From the sequence record SRR2962707_543: DNA of 64,000 bases. The stretch is one strand, 5' to 3'. The notes beneath the pieces were generated by a model, which saw only the letters and a list, made by a program, of their open reading frames with translations, ran no database searches and was not told the origin of the DNA. The translations under genes were made by a program, and so were the position numbers. Positions 30,510 through 39,339 of this stretch are shown here, one piece after another (the first letter of the stretch is position 1; each line of letters begins with the position of its first letter).

Positions 30510-31541
30510 TTACATTGAGTGCTTATCAATCAGGCTGTTGGCCTCTTCAATAAGTGCCTCACCATCAATGCCGCTTTCTTTCATTTGGCCAATCCAGCGG
30601 TCAATAACCGGCTGTGATGCGTCTTTCCAACGCTGCGTTTCTGCCTCATCAAGTTTGATGATGTTGTTGCCTGCTTTGATCGCAATTGCTTCGCCCGGCT
30701 CATCGCCTTGCTTCATCATTTCAGCCGCAAACTGTGTAAGTTTTGCACCAGATTCAGCGTCAAGAATTGCTTTTAGATCATCGGGCAAAGAGTTGTATTT
30801 ATCTTTGTTCATGACGATCACAATCGTCGCTGTGTAAAGCGCTTCTTCACCTGAGAATGTGGTGTGGTTTTTCACAAGTTCTGTTAGGCGAATTGACGGT
30901 GTTACTTCCCATGGGATCACTGTGCCGTTGATCACGCCTTTTGAAAGGGCTTCTGGAATGGCAGGCAATGGCATGCCGACCGGTGTTGCACCTAGTTCAG
31001 CGAGAAGATCGTTGATAATGCGTGTTGGTCCACGCATAGATTTACCCTTCATATCTTCAAGGCTTGTGATTGGATCATTTGAGTGGATGAGGCCTGGGCC
31101 GTGCACAAAAGCAGCCAACACTTTAACGTCTTTAAATTCGTTGTTTTGGAAATCTTTTTCCACCATGTCCCAGTAAGCTTCAGATGTAGCGACTGAATCT
31201 TTCATAATGAACGGAAGCTCAAATACTTCAGAGCGCGGGAAACGGCCCGGCGTATAGCCAGTCAATGTCATGGTAATGTCGGCAACACCATCGCGGGCTT
31301 GGTCGAACAGTTCTGGCGGACGACCACCGAGCGACATAGCATCAAAATGTTCGATTTTGATGCGTCCGTCTGATGCTTTAGCCAGTCTTTCGCCCCATGG
31401 CTTCAAGATTTTAGCAGGCACGGTAGCTACAGGTGGCAAAAATTGGTGCAAACGCAATGTTACTTCCTGCGCGGAGGCAGGAATTGCGGTCAGCGCAATG
31501 GCGCTTGCAGCCAGTGCTGCCATAAATGTACGTCTTTTCAT
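30510..31541 (-). CDS. TRAP substrate-binding protein (DctP), probably for aromatic acids
   Basis: Signal peptide; LHQFLP, GYTPGRFP..EVFELPF, conserved Arg in MRGP. Substrate inferred from context. Confidence 0.88.
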   Translation of the reverse strand: MKRRTFMAALAASAIALTAIPASAQEVTLRLHQFLPPVATVPAKILKPWGERLAKASDGRIKIEHFDAMSLGGRPPELFDQARDGVADITMTLTGYTPGRFPRSEVFELPFIMKDSVATSEAYWDMVEKDFQNNEFKDVKVLAAFVHGPGLIHSNDPITSLEDMKGKSMRGPTRIINDLLAELGATPVGMPLPAIPEALSKGVINGTVIPWEVTPSIRLTELVKNHTTFSGEEALYTATIVIVMNKDKYNSLPDDLKAILDAESGAKLTQFAAEMMKQGDEPGEAIAIKAGNNIIKLDEAETQRWKDASQPVIDRWIGQMKESGIDGEALIEEANSLIDKHSM

Positions 31542-31627
31542 ATTAATCTCCCAGATGTTTGAAAATCGTTGTGTTACTTTACATTAACCGGTCTTATTCC
31601 AAACCGGAAAATTCACTTATTGCCCTG

Positions 31628-32506
31628 TCATTTTTCAAGAAGTCGGCGTGCGTTGTCCTTCAAAATGAGCGGGCGAACTTCATCGCGAAAGGGTGCTGCT
31701 TCAAAATCAGCTAACCATCTGTCTGGCGTAATGGCTGGCCAGTCAGAGCCAAACAGCATTTTTTTCTTCAAGATAGTGTTCGCATAATGGATGAATTGCG
31801 GTGGAAAATACTTCGGCGACCAGCCTGACATATCAACGTAGACATTGGGCTTATGTTGCGCGACCGAAAGACCTTCCTCAGTCCACGGAAAAGAGGGGTG
31901 AGCGAGGACAATTTTCAAGTCCGGAAAGTCCACGGCTACATCATCCACATGGATGGGGTTTGAATATTTAAGCCGCATACCCATGCCGCCATGCATGCCA
32001 GAACCAACGCCGGTTTGGCCGGTGTGGAAAAGCGCAATTGCGCCTTCCTCTTCGATCGCTTCATAGAGTGGATAGGCGAGGCGGTCGTTAGGGAAAAAGC
32101 CCTGCATCGTAGGGTGAAATTTAAAGCCGCGTACACCAAATTCACGCACCAAACGGCGTGCTTCGCGTGCGCCCGCTTTTCCTTTTGCCGGATCGATGGA
32201 TGCAAAGGGAATTAGAATGTCGCTGTTTTCGGCGCAATGCTTGGCAACTTCCTCATTGGAATAGCGGCGAAAACCGGTTTCGCGCTCGGCATCAACAGGG
32301 AAGATGACGCCAGCAATTTTGCGTTCACGGTAATAGGCTGCCGGTTCGGGCACTGTTGGCAACATGCCTTGTGCGCCTGCTGGGTTTTTAAAATATTTTG
32401 CCATGCCTGCTTGAAATTCATCATAACCATCATCGCGCGGACCACAGCATGGCTCTTCTGCATGGGTGTGGAAGTCGATGGCAATAACATCATCAAAATT
32501 GATCAT
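31628..32506 (-). CDS. Amidohydrolase_2 family protein; probable hydroxyphenyl-beta-ketoacyl-CoA hydrolase
   Basis: IDFHTH, FKFHP, FHTG, LAHP, DMSGWSPKY, FGSDWP motifs. Context with fcs, ech and marR resembles Agrobacterium fabrum Atu1421 and Rhodococcus CouO clusters. Confidence 0.8.
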   Translation of the reverse strand: MINFDDVIAIDFHTHAEEPCCGPRDDGYDEFQAGMAKYFKNPAGAQGMLPTVPEPAAYYRERKIAGVIFPVDAERETGFRRYSNEEVAKHCAENSDILIPFASIDPAKGKAGAREARRLVREFGVRGFKFHPTMQGFFPNDRLAYPLYEAIEEEGAIALFHTGQTGVGSGMHGGMGMRLKYSNPIHVDDVAVDFPDLKIVLAHPSFPWTEEGLSVAQHKPNVYVDMSGWSPKYFPPQFIHYANTILKKKMLFGSDWPAITPDRWLADFEAAPFRDEVRPLILKDNARRLLEK

Positions 32507-32973
32507 GAACGTTTCTCCATTCCTATGAATTTTTTAAGCAGTACAGTGAGTTGCTCTAATTCTGCATCGGTTAGATTTTCGCGCTCTATCTGTTGCAGCT
32601 CGTTAAAAAGCTTTTGATTATGGGCAACAAATGCTTCACCTGATTTGGTGAGCGCAAGGTGCACGGACCGGCGATCATCGGGTGGCACGATGCGCTCCAC
32701 ATAGCCTGCGCGCACCATGCGGTCGGTGAGTTTGGTCATGTGTGCCGGCTTGATATTGAGTTTTCGTGCAATCGTGCCTTGGCGCAGATCCTTGTTGAGA
32801 CCAATCACGGATAACACCGTAAATTCGCCTGGGCGGATGTCTTGTGCTTCCATCACCTGATAAAAATTGCGAAAGACTTTAACCTGCGCAAGGCGCACCA
32901 AAAATCCAAGGGAGTTTTCAATCTCACCAAGGACCAATTTGTCTTTACGTTTTTTTGTGATGGTTGTTTCCAT
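32503..32973 (-). CDS. MarR-family regulator (HcaR/CouR/FerC-like)
   Basis: SLGFLVRLAQ, winged helix, DDRRS..L.LT motif; inside the hydroxycinnamate cluster. Confidence 0.85.
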   Translation of the reverse strand: METTITKKRKDKLVLGEIENSLGFLVRLAQVKVFRNFYQVMEAQDIRPGEFTVLSVIGLNKDLRQGTIARKLNIKPAHMTKLTDRMVRAGYVERIVPPDDRRSVHLALTKSGEAFVAHNQKLFNELQQIERENLTDAELEQLTVLLKKFIGMEKRS

Positions 32974-32975
32974 GC

Positions 32976-33755
32976 TTATTTACCGTCCGGCCGTGCCACT
33001 TTGCTGCCTGCCTTTTTTTGCAAAAATGCATTGAGGCGTTCTTCGGCTTCGGGGCTTGTCACAGTCAGAGAGGCGATGAAGCTTTCAACAAACAGGCCAT
33101 CATCGCTACCCATATCTTGGATGCGTGGTAGCGCTTGAATGATGGCGTAGTTTGAAATTTCTGCATTGGTGGCTGCTTTTGTGGCCAGCTCAATGGCTTT
33201 GTCGAGTGCTTTGCCTTCCGGCACAACATATTGAACAATATTCCACTGTTCGGCTTGGTGAGCATCGACAGTGCGTCCCGTCAGCATCATATCGGTCATG
33301 CGCGGAACGCCTAATATGCGCGCTGTGCGCACCGACCCGCCGCCGCCAACAAAAATGCCGCGTGTGCCTTCTGGCAATGCGAAGAAGGCGCTTTCATCAG
33401 CGACGCGCACATGGGTTGAAGAGGCTAATTCTAAACCGCCGCCAACAACGGCACCATGCAGGGCTGAGAACCAAGGCATTTTGCCGCGTTCAATGCGATC
33501 AAAGATGCGGTGCCATTGGCGCGATCCATGCACGCCTTCAATGGCTGATTTCTTGACGTGTTCGGCAAGATCAAGGCCAGCGCAGAAATGAGGACCTACG
33601 CCATAAATTACGCCAGCTTTCGCGCCATTTTCGGCCAACGTGATCGCTTGATCAAGCTCTTCAACGAAGGCATCGGAAATAGCATTGCGTTTTTCTGGCC
33701 GGTTCAGCGCAACAATCGCTACGTCACCTTTGAATTCAACCGTTAGGTATTTCAT
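32976..33755 (-). CDS. Crotonase / enoyl-CoA hydratase (feruloyl-CoA hydratase-like)
   Basis: LNRPEKRNA, FCAGLDL, GGGLELA, ALPEG motifs. Start set to ATG 33755 (MKYLTVEF). Confidence 0.88.
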   Translation of the reverse strand: MKYLTVEFKGDVAIVALNRPEKRNAISDAFVEELDQAITLAENGAKAGVIYGVGPHFCAGLDLAEHVKKSAIEGVHGSRQWHRIFDRIERGKMPWFSALHGAVVGGGLELASSTHVRVADESAFFALPEGTRGIFVGGGGSVRTARILGVPRMTDMMLTGRTVDAHQAEQWNIVQYVVPEGKALDKAIELATKAATNAEISNYAIIQALPRIQDMGSDDGLFVESFIASLTVTSPEAEERLNAFLQKKAGSKVARPDGK

Positions 33756-33790
33756 TCGCTGCGTCCCACTTTTCTTTTTTTTAATAATTA

Positions 33791-33823
33791 GACTATCCAT
33801 GGAAATAGTTTCCTTGTAAACAA
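33791..33823. promoter_or_regulatory. Overlapping dyads in the ech/fcs divergent promoter; candidate MarR operators
   Basis: ACTAT-N8-ATAGT (33792-33809) and TAGTTT-N6-AAACAA (33806-33823). Confidence 0.55.
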
Positions 33824-33827
33824 AAAA

Positions 33828-35687
33828 ATGGGAGAACGCATTTGGGACGGTAGTATGGTTGAGCTGGGAGGTAGCCGCTTCAATCTTTGGGCGGCGAAAA
33901 TATTAAGCGAGACGCGGGACGATGGGTCTATCGTTGTGTGGCAGGAGGGCGAATTGCCATCCTATCCAACACGGATGTCTGATCGTATTGCCCATTGGGC
34001 AAAGCAAACACCTGATCAAATTTGGATGGCGGAGCGGGGGCCAGATAATCAGTGGATTAAACTCACTTACCGCGACATGTTCCAACAAATTCGCGCCATT
34101 GGGCAATGTTTGCTAGATGTCAATTTGTCTGTGGATCGGCCTTTGCTGATTTTATCGGGCAATTCGATATCTCACGCTTTGATGGCGCTGGGCGCTCAAT
34201 ATGTGGGTGTTCCGTCTGCTGCTGTCGCACCGGCCTATGCGCTTTCTGGCGGCGAATATATTAAGCTGCGGGCAATTCGCGATCAGATTACGCCCGGCGC
34301 AGTCTTTGTCGATAAGGCCGCAAAATTTATGCCTGCTATAGAGGCATTGTTTGCAGATATTCCCCTGTTCGCCGTTGAGGGTGAAAATACGATTATGGCT
34401 TGGGATACGGTTTTAAACCGGACACCGAGCGAAGCGGTTGATCGCGCCAATGCTGCCACAGGGCCTGATACCGTGGCCAAATTTATGTTCACATCAGGAA
34501 CCACAGGTTCGCCAAAGGCGGTTGTACAAACCCAAAAAATGCTGTGTTCAAACATGGCAATGGTTTCAGATTGTTTTGCCTATTTTAAAGATGAACCGCC
34601 GATCTTTTTAGATTGGGCGCCGTGGAACCATGTTGCATCGGGTTCTAAAGTTTTTAACATGACGCACTATAATGGTGGCACCTACTATATCGATGGGGGC
34701 AAGCCTACGCCGGTTCATATTGGCCAAACGATTGCCAACATTCATGATGTTTCCCCCAATTGGTATTTCAATGTGCCAAGCGGCTATGAAATGCTGGTTG
34801 AGGCGATGCAGGCTGACAAGAAATTGGCCCATGCTTTTTTTAAGAACGCGAAAATCTTGATGTATGCAGGCGCAGCAATGGGTGCGCATACGTGGCAGGC
34901 ACTTGATAAATTAGCAATTGAAGTGACCGGCGAACGGGCATTGTTATGTTCTGGCCTTGGGGCAACAGAAACGACGCCGTTCGCCCTGTTTTGCACAGAT
35001 TACCAAGATGTACCTGGCAATGTTGGGATTCCTGCAAAGGGGCTGCAACTCAAGCTCGTACCCAATGGCGAGAAGTTTGAAGCACGCTTAAAAGGCCCGT
35101 CAATCACACCTGGCTATTGGCGCAATGAAGCGCTGACATTGGAAGCTTTTGATGAAGAAGGTTATTATTGCTTGGGCGATGCGCTGCGCTTTGCTGATCG
35201 CGGCGATGCGTCAAAGGGTTTCTTCTTTGATGGGCGCGTCGCTGAAAACTTTAAAATGGCCACGGGCACTTGGGTCGCCGTTGGTGCGTTGCGGGTGGCG
35301 CTTTTAGACGCTCTCAAAGGCATTGCGCGCGATGTGGTGATTGTTGGCGAGGGACGCAGCGAACTAACCGCTATGCTAGTGCCGTTTCGTCCTGAAGCCG
35401 AACGTATCGTTGAAAACGGTTCTGCTATGTCTGACGAGGAATTATTTAATCATCCGCAACTGGTTGCAAAAACCAGTGCGCTGCTTGCAGCCTATAACAG
35501 TGAAAATTGCGGCGCATCGCTGCGTGTGATGCGGGTGCTCTTTTTAACCGAGCCTTTAGACCTTGATGCCGGTGAGGTGACCGACAAAGGATCTGTCAAT
35601 CAACGCGCGGTGCTCAGCCGCCGCGCAGATTTGGCAGAACTTCTTTATCGCAATGATCCACGGGTCATTCATGCAGCGCGGCTATAA
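33828..35687 (+). CDS. fcs: Feruloyl-CoA synthetase (hydroxycinnamate-CoA ligase)
   Basis: FTSGTTGSPK, DWAPWNH, GLGATET, GRVAENFK..TGTWV, EVTDKGSVNQR motifs. Start could be 33855. Confidence 0.88.
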   Translation: MGERIWDGSMVELGGSRFNLWAAKILSETRDDGSIVVWQEGELPSYPTRMSDRIAHWAKQTPDQIWMAERGPDNQWIKLTYRDMFQQIRAIGQCLLDVNLSVDRPLLILSGNSISHALMALGAQYVGVPSAAVAPAYALSGGEYIKLRAIRDQITPGAVFVDKAAKFMPAIEALFADIPLFAVEGENTIMAWDTVLNRTPSEAVDRANAATGPDTVAKFMFTSGTTGSPKAVVQTQKMLCSNMAMVSDCFAYFKDEPPIFLDWAPWNHVASGSKVFNMTHYNGGTYYIDGGKPTPVHIGQTIANIHDVSPNWYFNVPSGYEMLVEAMQADKKLAHAFFKNAKILMYAGAAMGAHTWQALDKLAIEVTGERALLCSGLGATETTPFALFCTDYQDVPGNVGIPAKGLQLKLVPNGEKFEARLKGPSITPGYWRNEALTLEAFDEEGYYCLGDALRFADRGDASKGFFFDGRVAENFKMATGTWVAVGALRVALLDALKGIARDVVIVGEGRSELTAMLVPFRPEAERIVENGSAMSDEELFNHPQLVAKTSALLAAYNSENCGASLRVMRVLFLTEPLDLDAGEVTDKGSVNQRAVLSRRADLAELLYRNDPRVIHAARL

Positions 35688-35693
35688 TCGCTG

Positions 35694-36929
35694 CTAGACA
35701 GCGGTGAGCGCCTTTATGAGCGCGGGCAAATTACGACCTGCATCTTCAAATGCCTGTTTGGAAATGGATATGCCTGCATTCATCACTTTGCGGGCAGACA
35801 TGTGTTCAACCGCAGAATTGATGGTTTCAACACTGATTAGCGTGCCATTTCTAAAGCCGCAGCTTACGGTTTTGCCTTCGCTGGGCGTGTAGCAGATAAT
35901 ATCATCAGCTTCTGAAACCATGCCCGCAATCTGCAGTTTCCTATCGCCTTGATCGCTCCAGAACCAAGGGATGGCAGCGTAGGTTCCTTCTGCGCCCGTC
36001 AGGCGTTTAGCGATGAGCCGCGCATGATCGGTTGCAGCTTGCACCGATTCAAGGCGGAACATTTTGCCGGTCAGTGGTTCAGGAAATAGGCAACAGTCGC
36101 CAAGCGCGGAAATCGAACTATCTGAGGTTAGAAGCGTTGCGTCGACTTCAATGCCGTTTGACGTTTTCAATCCTGCTTCTTCAGCCAATTCCTGATTGGG
36201 GATGACGCCAGCGGCGACAATAACCATATCACCTTGAACGATTTCGCCCGATGCAAGGCGCACACCGCTCACGTGATCTTGGCTGTTGGACAAGACAGCG
36301 TCAACGAAATTGCCAAGGCGGACATCAGTGCCGATTTGTTCATGAAACGCTAGAAAACTTTGTGAAATCGGCTCGGAAACAGCGCGGGCCATCAGGCGGT
36401 TTGCGCCTTCTAAAACGGTCACCTCAAGGCCAGCAGCGCGGGCAACAGCGGCAAATTCCAACCCGATAAAGCCGCCGCCGATAACGATGGCATGTTTGCC
36501 ATGGGCCATTTCAGCGCGCAGTCGATCTGTGTCAACATCGGTACGGATGGAATAAACGCCTTTGGCATTCAGCCCTTCAATGGGCGGAATGCGGTTGCGG
36601 CTGCCGGTGGCTAAAATTAGATGATCGTAGCTTATTTCTGAGCCGATATCTGTGCTGATCGTTTTTGCTTCACGATCTATTTTCGTGATCCGAGTACCGG
36701 TCATCAGTTCAATATTATGCTGCTCAAAAAACTCTTGCGGACGCAAATTGATCTTCGAGGCATCGCCGGTTTTCAAATATATTTTTGATAGAGGAGGGCG
36801 CTGATAGGGCAGGCTTGTTTCATCGCCAATGAGCGTGAGCGAACCTTCATATCCATCTTGGCGCAGGAACGCCGCCATCTGCAAGCCACCTTGGCCAGCG
36901 CCAATAATTACGATTTTCTCAAGTGTCAT
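35694..36929 (-). CDS. FAD-dependent ferredoxin reductase (putidaredoxin-reductase type)
   Basis: GAGQGG, PYQRPPLSK, GGGFIGLE, RLESVQ, PWFWSDQ motifs. Confidence 0.92.
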   Translation of the reverse strand: MTLEKIVIIGAGQGGLQMAAFLRQDGYEGSLTLIGDETSLPYQRPPLSKIYLKTGDASKINLRPQEFFEQHNIELMTGTRITKIDREAKTISTDIGSEISYDHLILATGSRNRIPPIEGLNAKGVYSIRTDVDTDRLRAEMAHGKHAIVIGGGFIGLEFAAVARAAGLEVTVLEGANRLMARAVSEPISQSFLAFHEQIGTDVRLGNFVDAVLSNSQDHVSGVRLASGEIVQGDMVIVAAGVIPNQELAEEAGLKTSNGIEVDATLLTSDSSISALGDCCLFPEPLTGKMFRLESVQAATDHARLIAKRLTGAEGTYAAIPWFWSDQGDRKLQIAGMVSEADDIICYTPSEGKTVSCGFRNGTLISVETINSAVEHMSARKVMNAGISISKQAFEDAGRNLPALIKALTAV

Positions 36930-37057
36930 ATCTGCGTTTCAGGTAGGTTTATAATGAGGCCGCTAAGCGCTTCTGTAACGCGAATTTGGCATGAAAGTCG
37001 ACTCGTTTTCTATTGCTTTATTGCGTCATCAATTTGGCAAAATTGAATTATTGTCGT
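36926..37057 (-). pseudogene. Internally deleted [2Fe-2S] ferredoxin (putidaredoxin type) remnant
   Basis: Manual translation gives (ACG)TIIQFCQIDDAIKQ*KTSRLSCQIRVTEALSGLIINLPETQI*. GGGAG RBS 6 nt before the ACG; TGA overlaps the reductase ATG; the C-X5-C-X2-C motif is missing. Confidence 0.85.
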
Positions 37058-37083
37058 GTCGATCTCCCATAACAATCGTGTGA

Positions 37084-38259
37084 TCAGTTGAGTTTGACAT
37101 TGAGATTGAGTGGACCTCGAAAACCAAATCCCCACCACTTTACTTTGTCTGGATCCACAATTTCCATATTTGGAAAGCGGTCAAAAATCATCGGCAATAG
37201 TATTTTGCCGATGGTTAGGCGTGACAAATGTGTGCCCATGCAATGGTGCGGTCCGCTGCCGAAGCTTTGATGCGGTGAACGCTTGCGAAATACGTTGAAT
37301 TGATCGCCTTTCTCAAACAAATCCTCATCGTGATTGGATGAGGCTTGAATGGTCATGACAACATCGCCTTTTGGAATGTCGACGCCGCGAATTGTAGTAT
37401 CTTGCGTGACCAGTCTTGAGCTTGCTTGAATGGGCGCGACCCAGCGCACACCTTCATCAAAGGCAAGGCTCCAGTCGCCACTGTTTTTCAATTCGTCTAA
37501 TTGGTCGCGGTTGTTGAGGAGTCCGTAAAGGATGGTGAGCATCGCATCACGTGGTTCATTGATGCCGCCGCCAATGGCAATCTTCATGTTGGCGACGATC
37601 TGCGAATAGGCAATCGGATCATCTGCATTGACCATCACGGAGAGGGCTGATTGGTCTGGGTTTGCTTTTAGATATTCGGCACGCTTTTCAAAATGAGCGT
37701 TCATTTCCAAATTCGCGCGGTCAATGCGCTCAAAGGGTTCATCAAACCATCCAAAATTGCCGGAACCATCAATGATCGCTTGTGACCAGAATTGCATCTC
37801 TTCGTCGGTTGCTTCTGGTATGCCGAGAATGACCGCCAAAATACGCGCGGAAAGCGGTCCGGCTAATAGTGGAAATAGGTCGACTACTTCTTCGCGTGGT
37901 AGGCGGTCAAAATATTCATTAGCCAGTTTTTCGTAGGCCGGCGTCCAAATTGTTTTCAGATTTGTGGGCGAGAATGTCGGCATCATTGCCATGCGTTCGC
38001 GCATATGTTCGGCGCCGTCTTTGCGCATCAAAGTATGGGCATTGAGCGCCCGTTTCATCGGCGTGTTGGGATCGTCGGAACTAAACAACTCCGGATTGTC
38101 TTTGACCATGCGCGTATCGGCAGCCTTGGTCAAAAAGGTTTTGCCAACAGCTTTAACGCGGACAACGGGCGTTTCACTGCGCATTTTTTTATAGATCGGA
38201 TAAGGGCTCGCGATCAGCTCTTCAATTTTGATGTCGTCATTTAATGGTGCAAGCGCCAT
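37084..38259 (-). CDS. Cytochrome P450, CYP104 / VirH2 (PinF2)-like
   Basis: Haem motif FGSGPHHCMG, ExxR (EGVRW), I-helix GGGINEPRD. FSSDDP.TPM, AHTLMRKDG and WVAPIQASSRLV match my recollection of Agrobacterium VirH2. GGAGG RBS. Confidence 0.85.
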   Translation of the reverse strand: MALAPLNDDIKIEELIASPYPIYKKMRSETPVVRVKAVGKTFLTKAADTRMVKDNPELFSSDDPNTPMKRALNAHTLMRKDGAEHMRERMAMMPTFSPTNLKTIWTPAYEKLANEYFDRLPREEVVDLFPLLAGPLSARILAVILGIPEATDEEMQFWSQAIIDGSGNFGWFDEPFERIDRANLEMNAHFEKRAEYLKANPDQSALSVMVNADDPIAYSQIVANMKIAIGGGINEPRDAMLTILYGLLNNRDQLDELKNSGDWSLAFDEGVRWVAPIQASSRLVTQDTTIRGVDIPKGDVVMTIQASSNHDEDLFEKGDQFNVFRKRSPHQSFGSGPHHCMGTHLSRLTIGKILLPMIFDRFPNMEIVDPDKVKWWGFGFRGPLNLNVKLN

Positions 38260-38354
38260 GGTCAATTCCTCCCAAATGCTTGGCGGCACGAGCCAAGCAT
38301 GTCCTGAACTAGCGCTCAATTATTCATAAGACAATTCGATGATACTGATTTTCA

Positions 38355-38373
38355 ATATCTAATTTTCTGATAT
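38355..38373. promoter_or_regulatory. LysR-type operator
   Basis: ATATC-N9-GATAT dyad containing T-N11-A, between the divergent P450 and LysR genes. Confidence 0.6.
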
Positions 38374-38406
38374 AGTGAGTCATTGTCGAGTGGAGGATAA
38401 ATTGTC

Positions 38407-39339
38407 TTGGTGATTTCCAAGGGTGTTAAAGCGGCCAATATTGATATTGCTGCGCTGCACGTTTTGCATCTGGTTCATGAGAATTTGTCATTTACCAAAG
38501 CCGCAGAGACTTTGCGGGTCAACCAATCGGCCATCAGCTACACGGTTGAAAAACTGCGGGAGACATTTCACGATCCTTTGTTCTATCGCCAAGGCGGCGG
38601 CATTGTTGCGACACGTCGATGTCATGAGATCGTCAAAACAACATCGCGCTTGGTTGCTGAGTTTGAAGAATTAACGCAGCCCAATGTATTCGATCCGGCA
38701 AATGCTGATATTGAATTTACGATTGCGTGTAATTTCTATGAACGCCAAATCATGATGCCCTCTGTCATTCCCGCCCTAAACCGGACTGCGCCCGGCATTC
38801 GATTACGGTTGATGAATGCCACATCTCAAGGCTTAGACCAGCTTAAAAAAGGCGAGGCGGATTTGCTTATCGGGCCAGCTTTTTCAGATGCGCATGATAT
38901 CTATGCGCGGAAATTGCGCGATGAGGATTATGTTTGCGTCATGGACAAGGGCCATTCATTGGCCAAGTCTAAATTAAGCCAGCAAGAATATGTGGGTGCA
39001 CGTCATGTGGTCGTTGTTTATGGTGGTGGTTGGCGATCTCCCTATCTTATCCGCATGGAAGAACTTGGTTGGACTTTTCTTCATGCACTGACTGTGCCAA
39101 GCCCTGCGGGCTTGCAAAACATGATACAGGGCACAGATCTGATCGCGACCGTGCCAAGGGCAATTGCTTTATCCTATGGAAGTAGCATTCATATTGCTGA
39201 AATTCCTTTGAAGGTAGATTTTGCGCTTCACATGGTCTGGACAACGCGCACGCATAAATCGTCACTGCATATGTGGATGCGTGATTTGATCTTCGGGTGT
39301 GTTAACTTAGGAGCGGGCAATCTTGCGGGTGAAATATGA
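38407..39339 (+). CDS. LysR-family regulator (NahR/DntR-like)
   Basis: SFTKAAETL.VNQSAIS..KLRETFHDPLF HTH; TDLIATVP and H.WMR motifs. Confidence 0.9.
   Translation: MVISKGVKAANIDIAALHVLHLVHENLSFTKAAETLRVNQSAISYTVEKLRETFHDPLFYRQGGGIVATRRCHEIVKTTSRLVAEFEELTQPNVFDPANADIEFTIACNFYERQIMMPSVIPALNRTAPGIRLRLMNATSQGLDQLKKGEADLLIGPAFSDAHDIYARKLRDEDYVCVMDKGHSLAKSKLSQQEYVGARHVVVVYGGGWRSPYLIRMEELGWTFLHALTVPSPAGLQNMIQGTDLIATVPRAIALSYGSSIHIAEIPLKVDFALHMVWTTRTHKSSLHMWMRDLIFGCVNLGAGNLAGEI

Noticed and set aside
36858-37046. 62-aa plus-strand ORF across the reductase start
   Set aside because: Antisense to the reductase and the ferredoxin remnant; the minus-strand reading explains the sequence.
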